Source: Oculatellaceae cyanobacterium bins.114 (GTDB taxonomy: Bacteria > Cyanobacteriota > Cyanobacteriia > Elainellales > Elainellaceae). Taken from it: a DNA stretch of 64,000 bases. The stretch lies in contig JANRJA010000077.1 in the NCBI GenBank assembly GCA_033764315.1, forward strand, positions 32,001 to 96,000, read 5' to 3'. A model generated the notes under the pieces. That model worked only from the letters and a program-made list of their open reading frames with translations, searched no databases and had not been told where the DNA came from. Made by a program: the position numbers and the translations under genes. Of this stretch, positions 19,137 to 28,881 are shown piece by piece (within the stretch, counting starts at the first letter, position 1; each line of letters begins with the position of its first letter).

Positions 19137-19715
19137 TTAAGTAAAAATCTCAGCAGAAGTGAGAGCAAAGTTAGGGACTATATTGGACTGAATTTGATCC
19201 GATCCTCTATATACCTTGTCCTCATACTGTCCATCAATCCAATGACAGACGGTAATCTGTCGTTCCTTTGGGTCAATAATCCAATACTCATCAATCTCGC
19301 GGGCGGCATATTCTGTGTGTTTATAGCGATAATCGCGATCGCGGTTTGCCTTGCCGGGAGAAACAATCTCAATGACGAGTGCTGGGGGCGGCATATCACG
19401 GGTAATTGTGGCGCGGGTTGTGCCTGCTAATGCTGCTTTTGATGCTTCCGTATGGACTAACAAATCGGGTAATCGACACCGCGCCCGTCGCCCTGTAACC
19501 TCCAGTTCAGTTCCCCAGGCGACCCATGAAACGGGCAGGTGTCTGATCAGTTCTAACAGCAGTTTCCTGGCAATTTCAAGATTTTCGTCACTTTCGGGTG
19601 GCATCTCAACTAGCTCTCCATCCACCAGTTCATAACGGGTGTCGGTGCTATCGTCATAGGCGAGATACTCTTCAAAGGTGAGAGATTTAGGTTTGGATGA
19701 AGCAGTTTGGCTCAT
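19137..19715 (-). CDS. Uma2 family (DUF820) endonuclease-like protein
   Basis: LTFEEYL, YELVDG, PDL, IEIVSPG, RDYRYK, EYWIIDP. Confidence 0.92.
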   Translation of the reverse strand: MSQTASSKPKSLTFEEYLAYDDSTDTRYELVDGELVEMPPESDENLEIARKLLLELIRHLPVSWVAWGTELEVTGRRARCRLPDLLVHTEASKAALAGTTRATITRDMPPPALVIEIVSPGKANRDRDYRYKHTEYAAREIDEYWIIDPKERQITVCHWIDGQYEDKVYRGSDQIQSNIVPNFALTSAEIFT

Positions 19716-19846
19716 GGGTACAATCGCCCCAAAGTGACAGGTATCACAGCAATTTTAACCAATTTTAATAAGGGTTCAGAATGCGATCGCTTTCCAGGCA
19801 GAGGGTTAGAAACGAGAGCCAACCCCTCAAGCGCAAGATGATGAGC

Positions 19847-20230
19847 TTAAATCTGAGACGTTATGACTTCAGAGTCTGCTTTTGATTTACTTCGATAGCG
19901 ACGACGCACCTGCTCACTTTTGCGTACTCCGCCTGCTGCCTCATATTCACTGCTGTTGCGACCAAACTTAGACGCAACCCCCAACAACATGTGATCTGTC
20001 AAATCTGCTAACGTCTTCTCAAACTCCAACATCTCAACATAGGTCGAATCAACACTGGCTAAAAGCTGGTTATAGAGATCTTGCTTGCGCCGCATTAACT
20101 CAATCGCCTCTAAAAAGCTAGACAGCGATCGCGAATTGCCAAAATCTAGCTCTATTCCCAGCGATTTTAACCCTGCGGCTCGACGTTCTGCTTTCTCTAA
20201 TACAGTAGATGACCGTTTCTGACGTGCCAT
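19847..20230 (-). CDS. Conserved hypothetical protein
   Basis: MARQKRSS-LEKAERRAAGLKS...LDFGN...FGRNSSEYEAAGGVRKS; recognised as a recurring cyanobacterial hypothetical family. Confidence 0.75.
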   Translation of the reverse strand: MARQKRSSTVLEKAERRAAGLKSLGIELDFGNSRSLSSFLEAIELMRRKQDLYNQLLASVDSTYVEMLEFEKTLADLTDHMLLGVASKFGRNSSEYEAAGGVRKSEQVRRRYRSKSKADSEVITSQI

Positions 20231-20379
20231 GTCTTTTCTCAATCAACGATAGATTTAATGTACCCAGTTGCTTTTGTAGGCTCTGCCAGTAAAAGTAATG
20301 AAAAATGGATGGGCGATCGCTGTTATGTCGAAATGACTCGGTGATTTTTCTGAGACTCCTGCCTAAATGAATGGCTCAA

Positions 20380-20547
20380 GCGGTAACTGAGTTCTCAAGT
20401 GGGGCAAAGGACCTCTCCTTGAGAGCAACTGAGTTCTTCGTAGGGGTTAATGAGTTCTCCTTGAGAGCAACTGAGTTCTCAAGTGGGGCAAAGGACTTCT
20501 CCTTGAGAGCAACTGAGTTCTTCGCAGGGGTCAACGAGTTCTCATTT
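20380..20547. repeat. Tandem array of 8 x 21 bp with 42- and 84-bp higher-order structure
   Basis: Units alternate agagcaactgagttct..... and gggg.....ga.ttctccttg. Confidence 0.9.
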
Positions 20548-20556
20548 AACCCCCAT

Positions 20557-20927
20557 TCAAACCCCCTGTGCGACTATTCCAGATCCCCGGTTTCTAGTGA
20601 TGGGAATCAGATCAAAGTTGGGTGGAATTCCAACTAATTGCTGCACTCCTTCTGCTGTCAGAGTCTGAGCTTGCACAGCAAACACCGCTTGTAACTCCTC
20701 AGAGGCTTGAGCGATCGCCCTTACCTTTCTGAGATATCGCTTACTGATCTGTTCCCAATTAAACTCATCGGGCAAACGAGGCAAATTTAGACTATTCCAG
20801 GTGTTTGCTAGTAGTGAAGTGCCCAAAGGAATCAGCTACGCTGCATCGCCTCAACTCGCTATGAAAAGTGGTAGCGCAGTTGGCTGCAAAAGTCCGGAAT
20901 TTGTTTGAAATACTCAATCCAGCTCAT
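20557..20927 (-). pseudogene. Possible decayed transposase remnant (ISAs1-like N-terminus)
   Basis: ATG 20927 gives MSWIEYFKQIPDF then a stop at 20859; a downstream frame has LNLPRLP; resemblance is from memory only. Confidence 0.3.
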
Positions 20928-21159
20928 CCTAGAAAACGGAACCTGTCAATCGAGCTTCACAAATAGAACCTAAAGAACGAGTTAATCGTTGTTCTTTAGA
21001 ACTTTGTCCAGGATAAATATACAAGAAAAATTATGACGAAATAGACTGATCAAACCAAGAAATAACGATAATAGAGTTGTCTTGGATGCAATTGTATCTT
21101 GTTCTCACTACAGCTAGGTCTAGCCACGTTGTCTTTACACCTCAAGGAGACTAACGATC

Positions 21160-22758
21160 ATGAAACCTACAAGTGTGCAGGTTACAACAACCAGTGATTA
21201 TGACGGCGATGGGAGTATTGATTCCCGTTTTTTAACGACGACCACCTATGACCGTCAAGGGCATGAGTTAACATCCACTTCTGAGAACGATTATGATGGC
21301 GACGGGAGTATTGATTCTTATGAGTCAACTACTAGAACCTATGACCGTTAAGGAAATGAATTAACTGATCTTCATATCAATGATTATGATGGCGATGGGA
21401 GTATTGATTCTCATTACCTAACAACGAATACCTACGACCGTCAAGGGCATCTATTAACCTCTGTTTTTGAGGTTGATGCGGGTGGCAACGGCAGCATTGA
21501 GTTTCGTGAGTCAACCACTAAAACCTACGACCGTCAAGGGCATGAATTAACGTCTATTGTGGAGAACGATGATGGTGGCGACGGGAGTATTGATTCTTAT
21601 GAGTCAACTACTAGAACCTATGACCGTCAAGGGCGTGAATTAACTGTTCTTTATATCAATGATTATGATGGCGATGGGAGTATTGATTCGCATCACTTAA
21701 CAACAAATACCTATGACCGTCAAGGGCATCTGTTAACCTCTGTTTTTGAGAGTGATGAGAGTGGCAACGGCAGTATTGATTTTCGTGAGTCAACCACTAG
21801 AACCTACGACCGTCAAGGGCATGAATTAACGTCTGTTACTATCAGTGACAATGATGGCGATGGAGACACCGACAGCTATGCTTCAACGACAAAGACCTAT
21901 GACCGCCAAGGGCATTTGTTAACCTCTGTTTCGGCTTCTGATTATGAAAACAATGGCAATATTGATTTTCGGGCGTCAACAACGAAAACCTATGACCGCC
22001 AAGGGCATGAGTTAACGTTCATTTATGTAGCTGATTATGACGGGGATGGGCAAACCGATTTTACTCAATCAATCACGAAGACCTATGACCGTCAAGGTCG
22101 TGAGTTGACGGTCGTTGATGCAAGCGATGATAACGGCGATGGGCACATCAACTACAGTTCTTCAACGACAAATACCTATAACCGTCAGGGTCGTCAGTCA
22201 ATAGTCGTTTTTGAAGGTGATTATAACGACGACAGTTTAATTGACTACCATAACACCACGACTACGACTTACGATCGCCAAGGTCGTGAGCTAACGGTCG
22301 TTTCTGAACATGATGATGACAGAGATGGGAGAATTGAATCTCGTTACTCAACCCTGAAGACGTATGACCGTCAGGGTCATCCGTTAACTATGGTTAATGT
22401 TCAAGATTCTAATGGCGATGGGATTACTGATTATCGTGACTCAACGATTAACACCTATGACCGCCAAGGTAATCAACTAACTGCCATTTTTACATCTGAT
22501 TCTAATGCTGATGGAAAAATGGATTATCGGGTTGAGACAATCTTTACCTATCAAGAGCTGCACAATCATAGCAGAAGTAGTTCGAGTAGAGTGACTCCTG
22601 ATATTAGAACGATGAGCTTAGGTCAAGCAGGTCAATCTAGACCAGCATTGTTCGGTCATGAATTGTCAGATCAACTCGCTTCACTCGATCCTTTTCATAA
22701 TCGACAGGGTATCGACCACTTCTCCTCGGTGGATGCAAATCTCAGAACGAGGTTTTAA
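21160..22758 (+). pseudogene. 31-aa repeat protein (TYDRQG plus DxDGDG) interrupted by one in-frame TAA at 21349-21351
   Basis: Track ORFs 21160-21351 and 21559-22758 share a frame; 14 TY(D/N)RQG units at exact 93-bp spacing from 21244 to 22453; AAGGAG RBS upstream. Confidence 0.85.
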
Positions 22759-22810
22759 GGTGCTGTTGACTCGCACTCCACTCGCCTGCTAAATGAATGT
22801 GTTGGGTTAC

Positions 22811-22844
22811 AGAAGGCAGAGTTTTCTCAAAAACTCTGCCTTCT
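22811..22844. terminator. Hairpin between convergent genes
   Basis: agaaggcagagtttt-ctca-aaaactctgccttct, perfect 15-bp stem. Confidence 0.6.
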
Positions 22845-22859
22845 GGGCATTTATTCTAA

Positions 22860-22979
22860 GTACTGCTTTTCACAGATAGGGTTCGGACATAAAACCAAGG
22901 GGGTGTGGGGGCTGCGCCCCCAGCCAGGGGTGAAACCCCTGCACCCCAAATTCCCACCCCTATTTACGACGAGTTGTAC
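22860..22979. mobile_element. MITE family B copy 2 (120 bp), TAA target duplication
   Basis: Homologous to 11040-11159; flanked by taa on both sides. Confidence 0.8.
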
Positions 22980-23206
22980 TAAGTATCATCGTTTCCCCAT
23001 TCTTCATACCCGATTAAATCGCCAATGTGATCACGCGGCAAAAAATCGTTCTCTTCCAGTTCTCGTTCAACGTCTTCCCATTCTTGGGCTGGAATGTATT
23101 TGTAGAGAGTGTAGATAGGTTGACGACGGCTAACCAAATCCTGTTGTACGAGATAACGAACTTCGTCACGAATAACCGTTAAAGAATATCGACTCGAAGA
23201 AGCCAT
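22979..23206 (-). CDS. DUF4327 family protein
   Basis: YSLTVIRDEVRYLV...SRRQPIYTL..YIPAQEW..VERELEENDF. Confidence 0.85.
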   Translation of the reverse strand: MASSSRYSLTVIRDEVRYLVQQDLVSRRQPIYTLYKYIPAQEWEDVERELEENDFLPRDHIGDLIGYEEWGNDDT

Positions 23207-23258
23207 AGTTTAGAAACCTCAGCGATTTCTGCTAAATCAATGAGAAAAAAAGCACGAG

Positions 23259-24059
23259 TTAACAAATACAAGAACGGGTCTTTAAGTCAAATCGATAGCC
23301 ATGCGACAAAATATGTAGCTTGACATCACAGAGAGCTAACGGTTCGTCTTTCAGCAGTTCCTCGACATTGCTATGGCTAATATCAGCCACGTCTACCACG
23401 GTGATCGAGTGTTCACCAATGACTTCGATTTCGTGACCATTCACCGCGATCGCCGTATTCTCGTCAATCCCAAAGCCCAGTGCCACTGGTTGTTGAGCCA
23501 CCGCTGAGAGTAACCGTCCTAATCGTCCTCGTTGAGCAAAATGTTGATCAATCACAACCCCTGGCAAAAAGCCCATGCCCCGATCCATCGTGACCACTTC
23601 CATTCGGGGATTGGTTTCACCCTCGCCTTCTACAATCATCATGTCAGGCATCATGGCGGCCCCTGCGCTGGTGCCCGCTACCACTAATCCCTCAGCAAAA
23701 CGGGTATGTAATGTGGCGTCTAATTCGGTGTCTTTCAAATACTCGGTGATGCGGGCTTGATTGCCTCCGGTAAAAAAGACCCCTGTTGCTTCATTAATAG
23801 CGGCGATCGCCTTTGGGTCACTTGCATCTTCGCGGCGAGCCGTGTCAACCACTTGCACCGCTTCAACCCCCAAGCGTTCAAACACATTTATGTAGGTTTC
23901 CCCTACTTCTCCGGGCAACCCTGTGGCAACGGTCATCACTACAATACGGGCTTGTAAACCACCCGAACGGCGCACAAATTCCCGCAAAATCTTAGATTCA
24001 CCTTCCTTATCTTCGGCACCCCCAATGATCATGAGTTGCCCCTGCGCGTCTAAAACCAT
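23259..24059 (-). CDS. cphB: Cyanophycinase
   Basis: IIGGAEDK, FFTGGNQ, GTSAGA nucleophile, IDQHF.QRGRLGRL, GIDENT. Confidence 0.92.
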   Translation of the reverse strand: MVLDAQGQLMIIGGAEDKEGESKILREFVRRSGGLQARIVVMTVATGLPGEVGETYINVFERLGVEAVQVVDTARREDASDPKAIAAINEATGVFFTGGNQARITEYLKDTELDATLHTRFAEGLVVAGTSAGAAMMPDMMIVEGEGETNPRMEVVTMDRGMGFLPGVVIDQHFAQRGRLGRLLSAVAQQPVALGFGIDENTAIAVNGHEIEVIGEHSITVVDVADISHSNVEELLKDEPLALCDVKLHILSHGYRFDLKTRSCIC

Positions 24060-24200
24060 GTTCTTATCCAATTTTGAGCTGTATTTGTCAATAAAGCATG
24101 ACAATTAAGACAACGTTAACAGCCCAAGGAAAGATCTTAGAGGAGGAGGGAGGGGTTTGGCACTTGCAAGTCCAGATCCCCGGTTTTTGGTGATGGCTCA

Positions 24201-25037
24201 TCACAAAGGACGATGACCCTTAACAAACGATCGCACTTCGTCAGCGACAACCTCAGGTGCCGTGTGCACAAGATTAGCTCCGGGGTGTTGATGAACCATA
24301 GCATAAGGGGCATTGGCATATCCCTGATTCAACAGAGCGATCGCCCGTTCATCGTCTTCCCCTTGCAACAGCAGCAGCGGTACTTTGAGCCAACTCAAGC
24401 GATCGTGTACATATTCGGCTTGAATTTCAGCTTTGCGGCGATTAAATAACAACTGACAGGCAGCGGGATATTGTTTTAGCAACCGCACCTCTTGTAACCA
24501 CTGCTGAATGCAATCGGTCTGTCCTAAGAGGCGAGCTAAGGGAGAGAGCGATCGCTCCGAGATACCCGCAAGGGGTCGCAATAACCAAACCACAAGAGGA
24601 CTATGAGTTAACCACCACCATCGTTGGTGCGCTCTACCTCGCACAGGCAGCCCTTCGGCTCCTAATAACACCAACCCCTCAACCTGATGGGGATAGCGGA
24701 GCGCATAGCTAGCCGCAACCCAACCCCCAACCCCTTGTCCAATCAAATAAACCTGTCGCAACTTCAGGCTGTCTAAATAGTTGGCCAGACACTCTACTTC
24801 AAACTCAATGGAGTAATGAACACGAGGGCGATCGGATTCGCCAAACCCTAACAGATCAGGAACAAAGCAGTGAAAGTCATGCCCTAACTGCTCAATCACA
24901 CGAATCCATTCACTGCCATCACTCCAGGAGTTATGCAGAAATACTAAAACCGTACCTCGCCCCAACTCCCGCCAAAAAATCTGACCCTGTGATAGTGAAA
25001 GACGAGAGTTGCGAATGGGTAGAGGCATGGTGAGCAC
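24201..25037 (-). CDS. Alpha/beta fold hydrolase-like protein
   Basis: VFLH, PDLLGFGES, YALRYP..VEGLVL; nucleophile elbow reads GQGVGG. Confidence 0.85.
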   Translation of the reverse strand: MLTMPLPIRNSRLSLSQGQIFWRELGRGTVLVFLHNSWSDGSEWIRVIEQLGHDFHCFVPDLLGFGESDRPRVHYSIEFEVECLANYLDSLKLRQVYLIGQGVGGWVAASYALRYPHQVEGLVLLGAEGLPVRGRAHQRWWWLTHSPLVVWLLRPLAGISERSLSPLARLLGQTDCIQQWLQEVRLLKQYPAACQLLFNRRKAEIQAEYVHDRLSWLKVPLLLLQGEDDERAIALLNQGYANAPYAMVHQHPGANLVHTAPEVVADEVRSFVKGHRPL

Positions 25038-25149
25038 GAGGGAAAGAGAGTGAGTTAGGGAGAGAGAAGTCAGAAGCGGGTCACTTGGGAAAATGCTCTA
25101 GGGGTCACGGTCAATCGCTCAAGCACAGGTGACTCTTGACCCCTGCCAC

Positions 25150-25605
25150 TTATGCCAATGTTGTTAGACCATTGAAATAGTCTTGTAACTGGCGATCGTG
25201 ATCGTGGGAGAGGCTACCAATAGGGATATCAGCGGGCGCAAATGCCTTTACATCTTTGATCTCAAGGGTGTCTTGCACTTGCATGGGGCCCTCGACAGCG
25301 GCCTCAATGACGACACAAATAGAGTGAAATCGAGGATCGCGATCGGGAGCCGAATAGATCCCCACCAACCGTCGAATTGCCAACAGTTTTAGTCCTGTTT
25401 CTTCTTCTAACTCTCGCTTGACCGTGGTGGGAATATCTTCTCCCCAGTTCACCATGCCACCAGGAACTCCCCAGAGACCATTATCTCGACGTTGAATCAA
25501 CACAATCCGACCATCTGGCAAGACGGGAATAATGCTTGTCCCTGTAATCGGATGACGCAGGATAAGCCCGATCGCCGCTTGTGCAAACTTCACCAATTGA
25601 ATCAT
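25150..25605 (-). CDS. NUDIX hydrolase
   Basis: PGGMVNWGE...KRELEEETGL Nudix box; YSAPDRDPR. Confidence 0.92.
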   Translation of the reverse strand: MIQLVKFAQAAIGLILRHPITGTSIIPVLPDGRIVLIQRRDNGLWGVPGGMVNWGEDIPTTVKRELEEETGLKLLAIRRLVGIYSAPDRDPRFHSICVVIEAAVEGPMQVQDTLEIKDVKAFAPADIPIGSLSHDHDRQLQDYFNGLTTLA

Positions 25606-25810
25606 AGGATTGGGAATGCCACTTACTAGTTTAGAAAAACAGCATGCACCTGGATCTGTGCTCTGCTGAAATCAGTGAACCCTGTAGATGCATGTGCTCT
25701 GACTCAGTTGAGTCCCTTGATAAAAAGGTGTTGAACACCCCCTGACACAAAAAAACAAAGTCATCCTCATATAGATTCAGCACAGCCTCAAGGAGTTGCT
25801 TAAACCAGGT

Positions 25811-26281
25811 TCAAGCTGAGAGGGCCGCTAAATCCGCCAAAATTTGAGCAGCATGATTGTCTGGCTTTACTTTCAAATACACCTTGGCAATCTTACCCTC
25901 TGGATCAATTAAAAACGTATTGCGGCTGATGCCCATGTATTCTTTACCCATGAACTTCTTTAAGCCATAGCTTTCATAGGTGGTTGACATCTGACCATCA
26001 GCATCGGTCAACAGGGGAAATGGTAAATCAAATTTCGTTGAAAACTTTGTATGAGACTTGGCATCATCGGTGCTAACGCCTAACACAACAACATCTTGAG
26101 ATTGGTAATTGGTATAAGCATCCCGAAATCCACAGGCTTCTGTAGTGCATCCAGGGGTGTTGTCGCGGGGGTAAAAGTAAAGCACAACCCACTTGCCACG
26201 AAAATCAGATAACTGAACTGTGTTGCCGTTTCCATCAGGAAGGCTAAAATCAGGGGCAATATCGCCAGGTTGAAGTGCCAT
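25811..26281 (-). CDS. bcp: Peroxiredoxin BCP/PrxQ
   Basis: YFYPRDNTPGCTTEACGFRD. Confidence 0.95.
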   Translation of the reverse strand: MALQPGDIAPDFSLPDGNGNTVQLSDFRGKWVVLYFYPRDNTPGCTTEACGFRDAYTNYQSQDVVVLGVSTDDAKSHTKFSTKFDLPFPLLTDADGQMSTTYESYGLKKFMGKEYMGISRNTFLIDPEGKIAKVYLKVKPDNHAAQILADLAALSA

Positions 26282-26409
26282 TGGTAAACCCTTTAAGAAG
26301 CTGTGAGTATTCAAGACCAATTCTGATTGTATGACTTGATTGCTCATTCGGGTATGGGTAGGAAGGAGTGGAGATGGAAGCGGGCGTTGACAAGTGTTTT
26401 AGCTGGTTT

Positions 26410-26480
26410 CTATAGCAGTCCCATATTAGTGGTGAGGCGAGCGGCTTGTGAGAGGCGCACCCCATTTGGGATTGCTATAG
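26410..26480. mobile_element. MITE family C (71 bp)
   Basis: Terminal inverted repeats ctatagcagtccca...tgggattgctatag; related end at about 2172-2200 and degenerate copy at 4119. Confidence 0.65.
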
Positions 26481-26544
26481 AAGGCAAACCGCAGCTTATA
26501 GTGAATCTCATGCACCGACTGACTAACAGGTGTACGGCTACTCT

Positions 26545-27291
26545 ATGCAAATCGCTCAGTTATTGATCAAGCCTTCTCTGGGCAAGGCGATGTGCCCTTG
26601 TGAAACGTTGGAGTTAAGGCGAGGTTATGGCATTGCGGACGATGCTAATGCGGTCATCGGTAGTCCGCGTCAGATTTTGCTCCTTGACGCTTTAACTCTC
26701 GATCGCTTTGAGCTCAAGCCAGGACAATTACGAGAAAATATTGTCTTAGCTGGCATGGAGCACCCATTTCAATCGGGACAGGTTTTGCAACTAGGTTCAA
26801 CAGCGTTAGTGCGGTTAACAACGAGCTGTGAACCCTGTGCTTTTTTGAATCAAATTCGCCCAGGTTTGGCCCAAACCATCCGCCACGACCGAGGGTTTTT
26901 AGGGATGGTCATCAAAAGTGGACAAATCAGAATTGGAGATTGGGTGGCTCTTACGGCTCATCAACTTCCAGTGATCCCAGAGACAACACGAGGCAAATTT
27001 GATGAGTTTATCGCCCGCATTCCAATCGGAAAGGTTGTCTCAACACCCAATTTACTACTGGCATTGGGGTTAACACAGAGCTATTACCGAACGATTCCTG
27101 CATTGTTAAAGAAGTCGCCCATGCATTTACCAGTTCATCGTATTGTCGCCGCAGATGGGAGTTTGATGACAAAGCACATTCCCGATCAATGTAGAGCATT
27201 ACAAGCAGAGGGTGTAAAAGTAATGCATAACCGAGTCAGCCCTGACTATTTTTGGGAGGCGATCGCATTTCATGAACTAGGTGATTTTTGA
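26545..27291 (+). CDS. MOSC domain fused to an alkyltransferase-like (MGMT/Atl) DNA-binding domain
   Basis: RQILL, LRENI, CEPC, RGFLGMV..SGQIRIGD (MOSC); IPIGKVVS, PVHRIV..DG, LQAEGV (Atl-like). Confidence 0.8.
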   Translation: MQIAQLLIKPSLGKAMCPCETLELRRGYGIADDANAVIGSPRQILLLDALTLDRFELKPGQLRENIVLAGMEHPFQSGQVLQLGSTALVRLTTSCEPCAFLNQIRPGLAQTIRHDRGFLGMVIKSGQIRIGDWVALTAHQLPVIPETTRGKFDEFIARIPIGKVVSTPNLLLALGLTQSYYRTIPALLKKSPMHLPVHRIVAADGSLMTKHIPDQCRALQAEGVKVMHNRVSPDYFWEAIAFHELGDF

Positions 27292-27479
27292 ACCAATTTT
27301 TGAACAAGTTGTTTATCAACTAGATGTGTGAATATTTTGTATAGTTTTAATGCGAAACAACTCCTTGAAATTAGGTTAAGGATAAATTTATAGTCTGAAA
27401 ATAACTTTTATTACACCGAATGCCCTCTTAAAGTTGTCTAATTGAAAGAGGAAGCTGTGGTGTACTGAGGAACTAGAGC

Positions 27480-28184
27480 ATGACTACAACTAAAAAGCGT
27501 TCATCTTCTCCAAGTGCGGTTGCGAAGACAGCACTTGAACAAGCAACTTTAGCATTGAGCGAGTTGCCCGAGAAACCCAGAGATGTTTGGTCGTTGAAAG
27601 AAGCAGTTGAATTTATGCATGAGTCGATTACAGCGGCTCTGGATAGAGGATACAGTTACGAAGAAGTGGCTGAAATGTTGAATAAAAACGGGGTAGACAT
27701 TCGGGCTGCGTCGTTGAAATATTACCTGACAGCACTCAAGCGAGAGCAAGAACCAGCCCCTAAAACTAAAACGAAACGTCCTCGTAAGGCCAGGGCTGAA
27801 AAAGCAGCCGCAACCGATCTGTCGAGTGCAGCGGTGAAGTCAATTTCCTTAATGCCGTCTGCGGCAACCGCCGAAACCTCTGAACCTACCTCATTAAATG
27901 GGGCAACACCAGAGGCGGAACCCACTCCGGCAACGCCTGTTAAAAAGCGCACCCGCTCTGCTGCTGGTACTTCGACCAAATCAACGGCGGCTAAAGCAAC
28001 AACTGCGGCCAAAACAACGTCTGCGGCCAAAACAACGTCTGCGGCTAAAACCAAGACTAGCGCAGGCACAAAGTCGAGAGCAGCCGCCAAACCCAAGACG
28101 ACTGCAACCAAGACAAGCCCAACTAAAGCAACCAAAACGGTGCCAACCCGGCGGCGCAAAAAGACAGATGCATCAGCCGAATAA
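27480..28184 (+). CDS. Hypothetical protein: helical N-domain plus Lys/Ala/Thr-rich histone-H1-like tail
   Basis: ALDRGYSYEEVAEML N-domain; AAKTTS repeats; GAGGA RBS. Confidence 0.8.
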   Translation: MTTTKKRSSSPSAVAKTALEQATLALSELPEKPRDVWSLKEAVEFMHESITAALDRGYSYEEVAEMLNKNGVDIRAASLKYYLTALKREQEPAPKTKTKRPRKARAEKAAATDLSSAAVKSISLMPSAATAETSEPTSLNGATPEAEPTPATPVKKRTRSAAGTSTKSTAAKATTAAKTTSAAKTTSAAKTKTSAGTKSRAAAKPKTTATKTSPTKATKTVPTRRRKKTDASAE

Positions 28185-28323
28185 GTCATCGTTCAAGGTC
28201 TGTCCTTTGAAGGCAATACTGAGATGATGTCGATTGTGAAGATTGTCTAGCAGAAGAAATAACCTGGCGATCGCTAAGTTAGGATAGCCCTGAAATTGCT
28301 CTAGTCAGGTTAGGAATACTCTT

Positions 28324-28881
28324 GTGAAGCGGATCAGAGTTTGGAAAAAAACGTTCGCAGTATTTGCGTCGGTTGGTTTCTCTGCATTGGGAATTAAGCT
28401 GCCTGCCGAGGCAATTACGTTGTCGGTTTCTCAATCTGAGTCAAATGACACTCTCGCAGACGATATGCCGCTGGCACAGGCATGTCCTGATGGGCAAACC
28501 CGTCAATTGTTTGCCCGCATTACAACTCGTGATCCTAATGGATCACTCAATATTCGGTCGCGTCCCAGTGCTAGTGGCGCGATTATTGGCTCGGTTCCCA
28601 GTGGTTGGGAAGTGGTCGTGGTAGAGCGTGAACCTAGTGGACGCTGGGCCAGAATCACAGGTCACTGGGGTGATCCCTACCCCTATGGCTTTGGGTCGGC
28701 ACCCGATTTCCGCGAGGGTTGGGTTTCGACATCATTTTTGCGCACGCTGGGGCGATTGTGTGACAAGCCATCTGACCCCTATAGCTTGTTGCAACCAGAA
28801 TTATTTGGCGATCGCACAGTGATGCTGCAAGAGGATTGGTTAGAGGTGGCAGATCAAGTATCAGCCAGCCTCAATCGCTAA
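28324..28881 (+). CDS. Secreted SH3b-domain protein
   Basis: Signal-like N-terminus (AEA site); LNIRSRPS..G.IIGSV, WARI, GWVS. Confidence 0.8.
   Translation: MKRIRVWKKTFAVFASVGFSALGIKLPAEAITLSVSQSESNDTLADDMPLAQACPDGQTRQLFARITTRDPNGSLNIRSRPSASGAIIGSVPSGWEVVVVEREPSGRWARITGHWGDPYPYGFGSAPDFREGWVSTSFLRTLGRLCDKPSDPYSLLQPELFGDRTVMLQEDWLEVADQVSASLNR

Noticed and set aside
19029-19430. 133-aa ORF on the plus strand
   Set aside because: Starts inside a MITE and is antisense to the Uma2 gene
20380-20547. Possible CRISPR array
   Set aside because: The 'spacers' are themselves repeated, the period is 21 bp, and there are no cas genes
21160-22758. RHS/YD toxin or CRISPR-like 93-bp periodicity
   Set aside because: Repeats are in-frame coding; no RHS core motif, toxin tip or immunity gene
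24080-24093. NtcA-like site upstream of cphB (GTA-N8-TAA)
   Set aside because: Imperfect match, very close to the start codon; chance occurrence likely
27722-28189. Hydrophobic Val/Leu/Ala-rich antisense ORF
   Set aside because: Mirror of the Lys/Thr/Ala-rich sense gene
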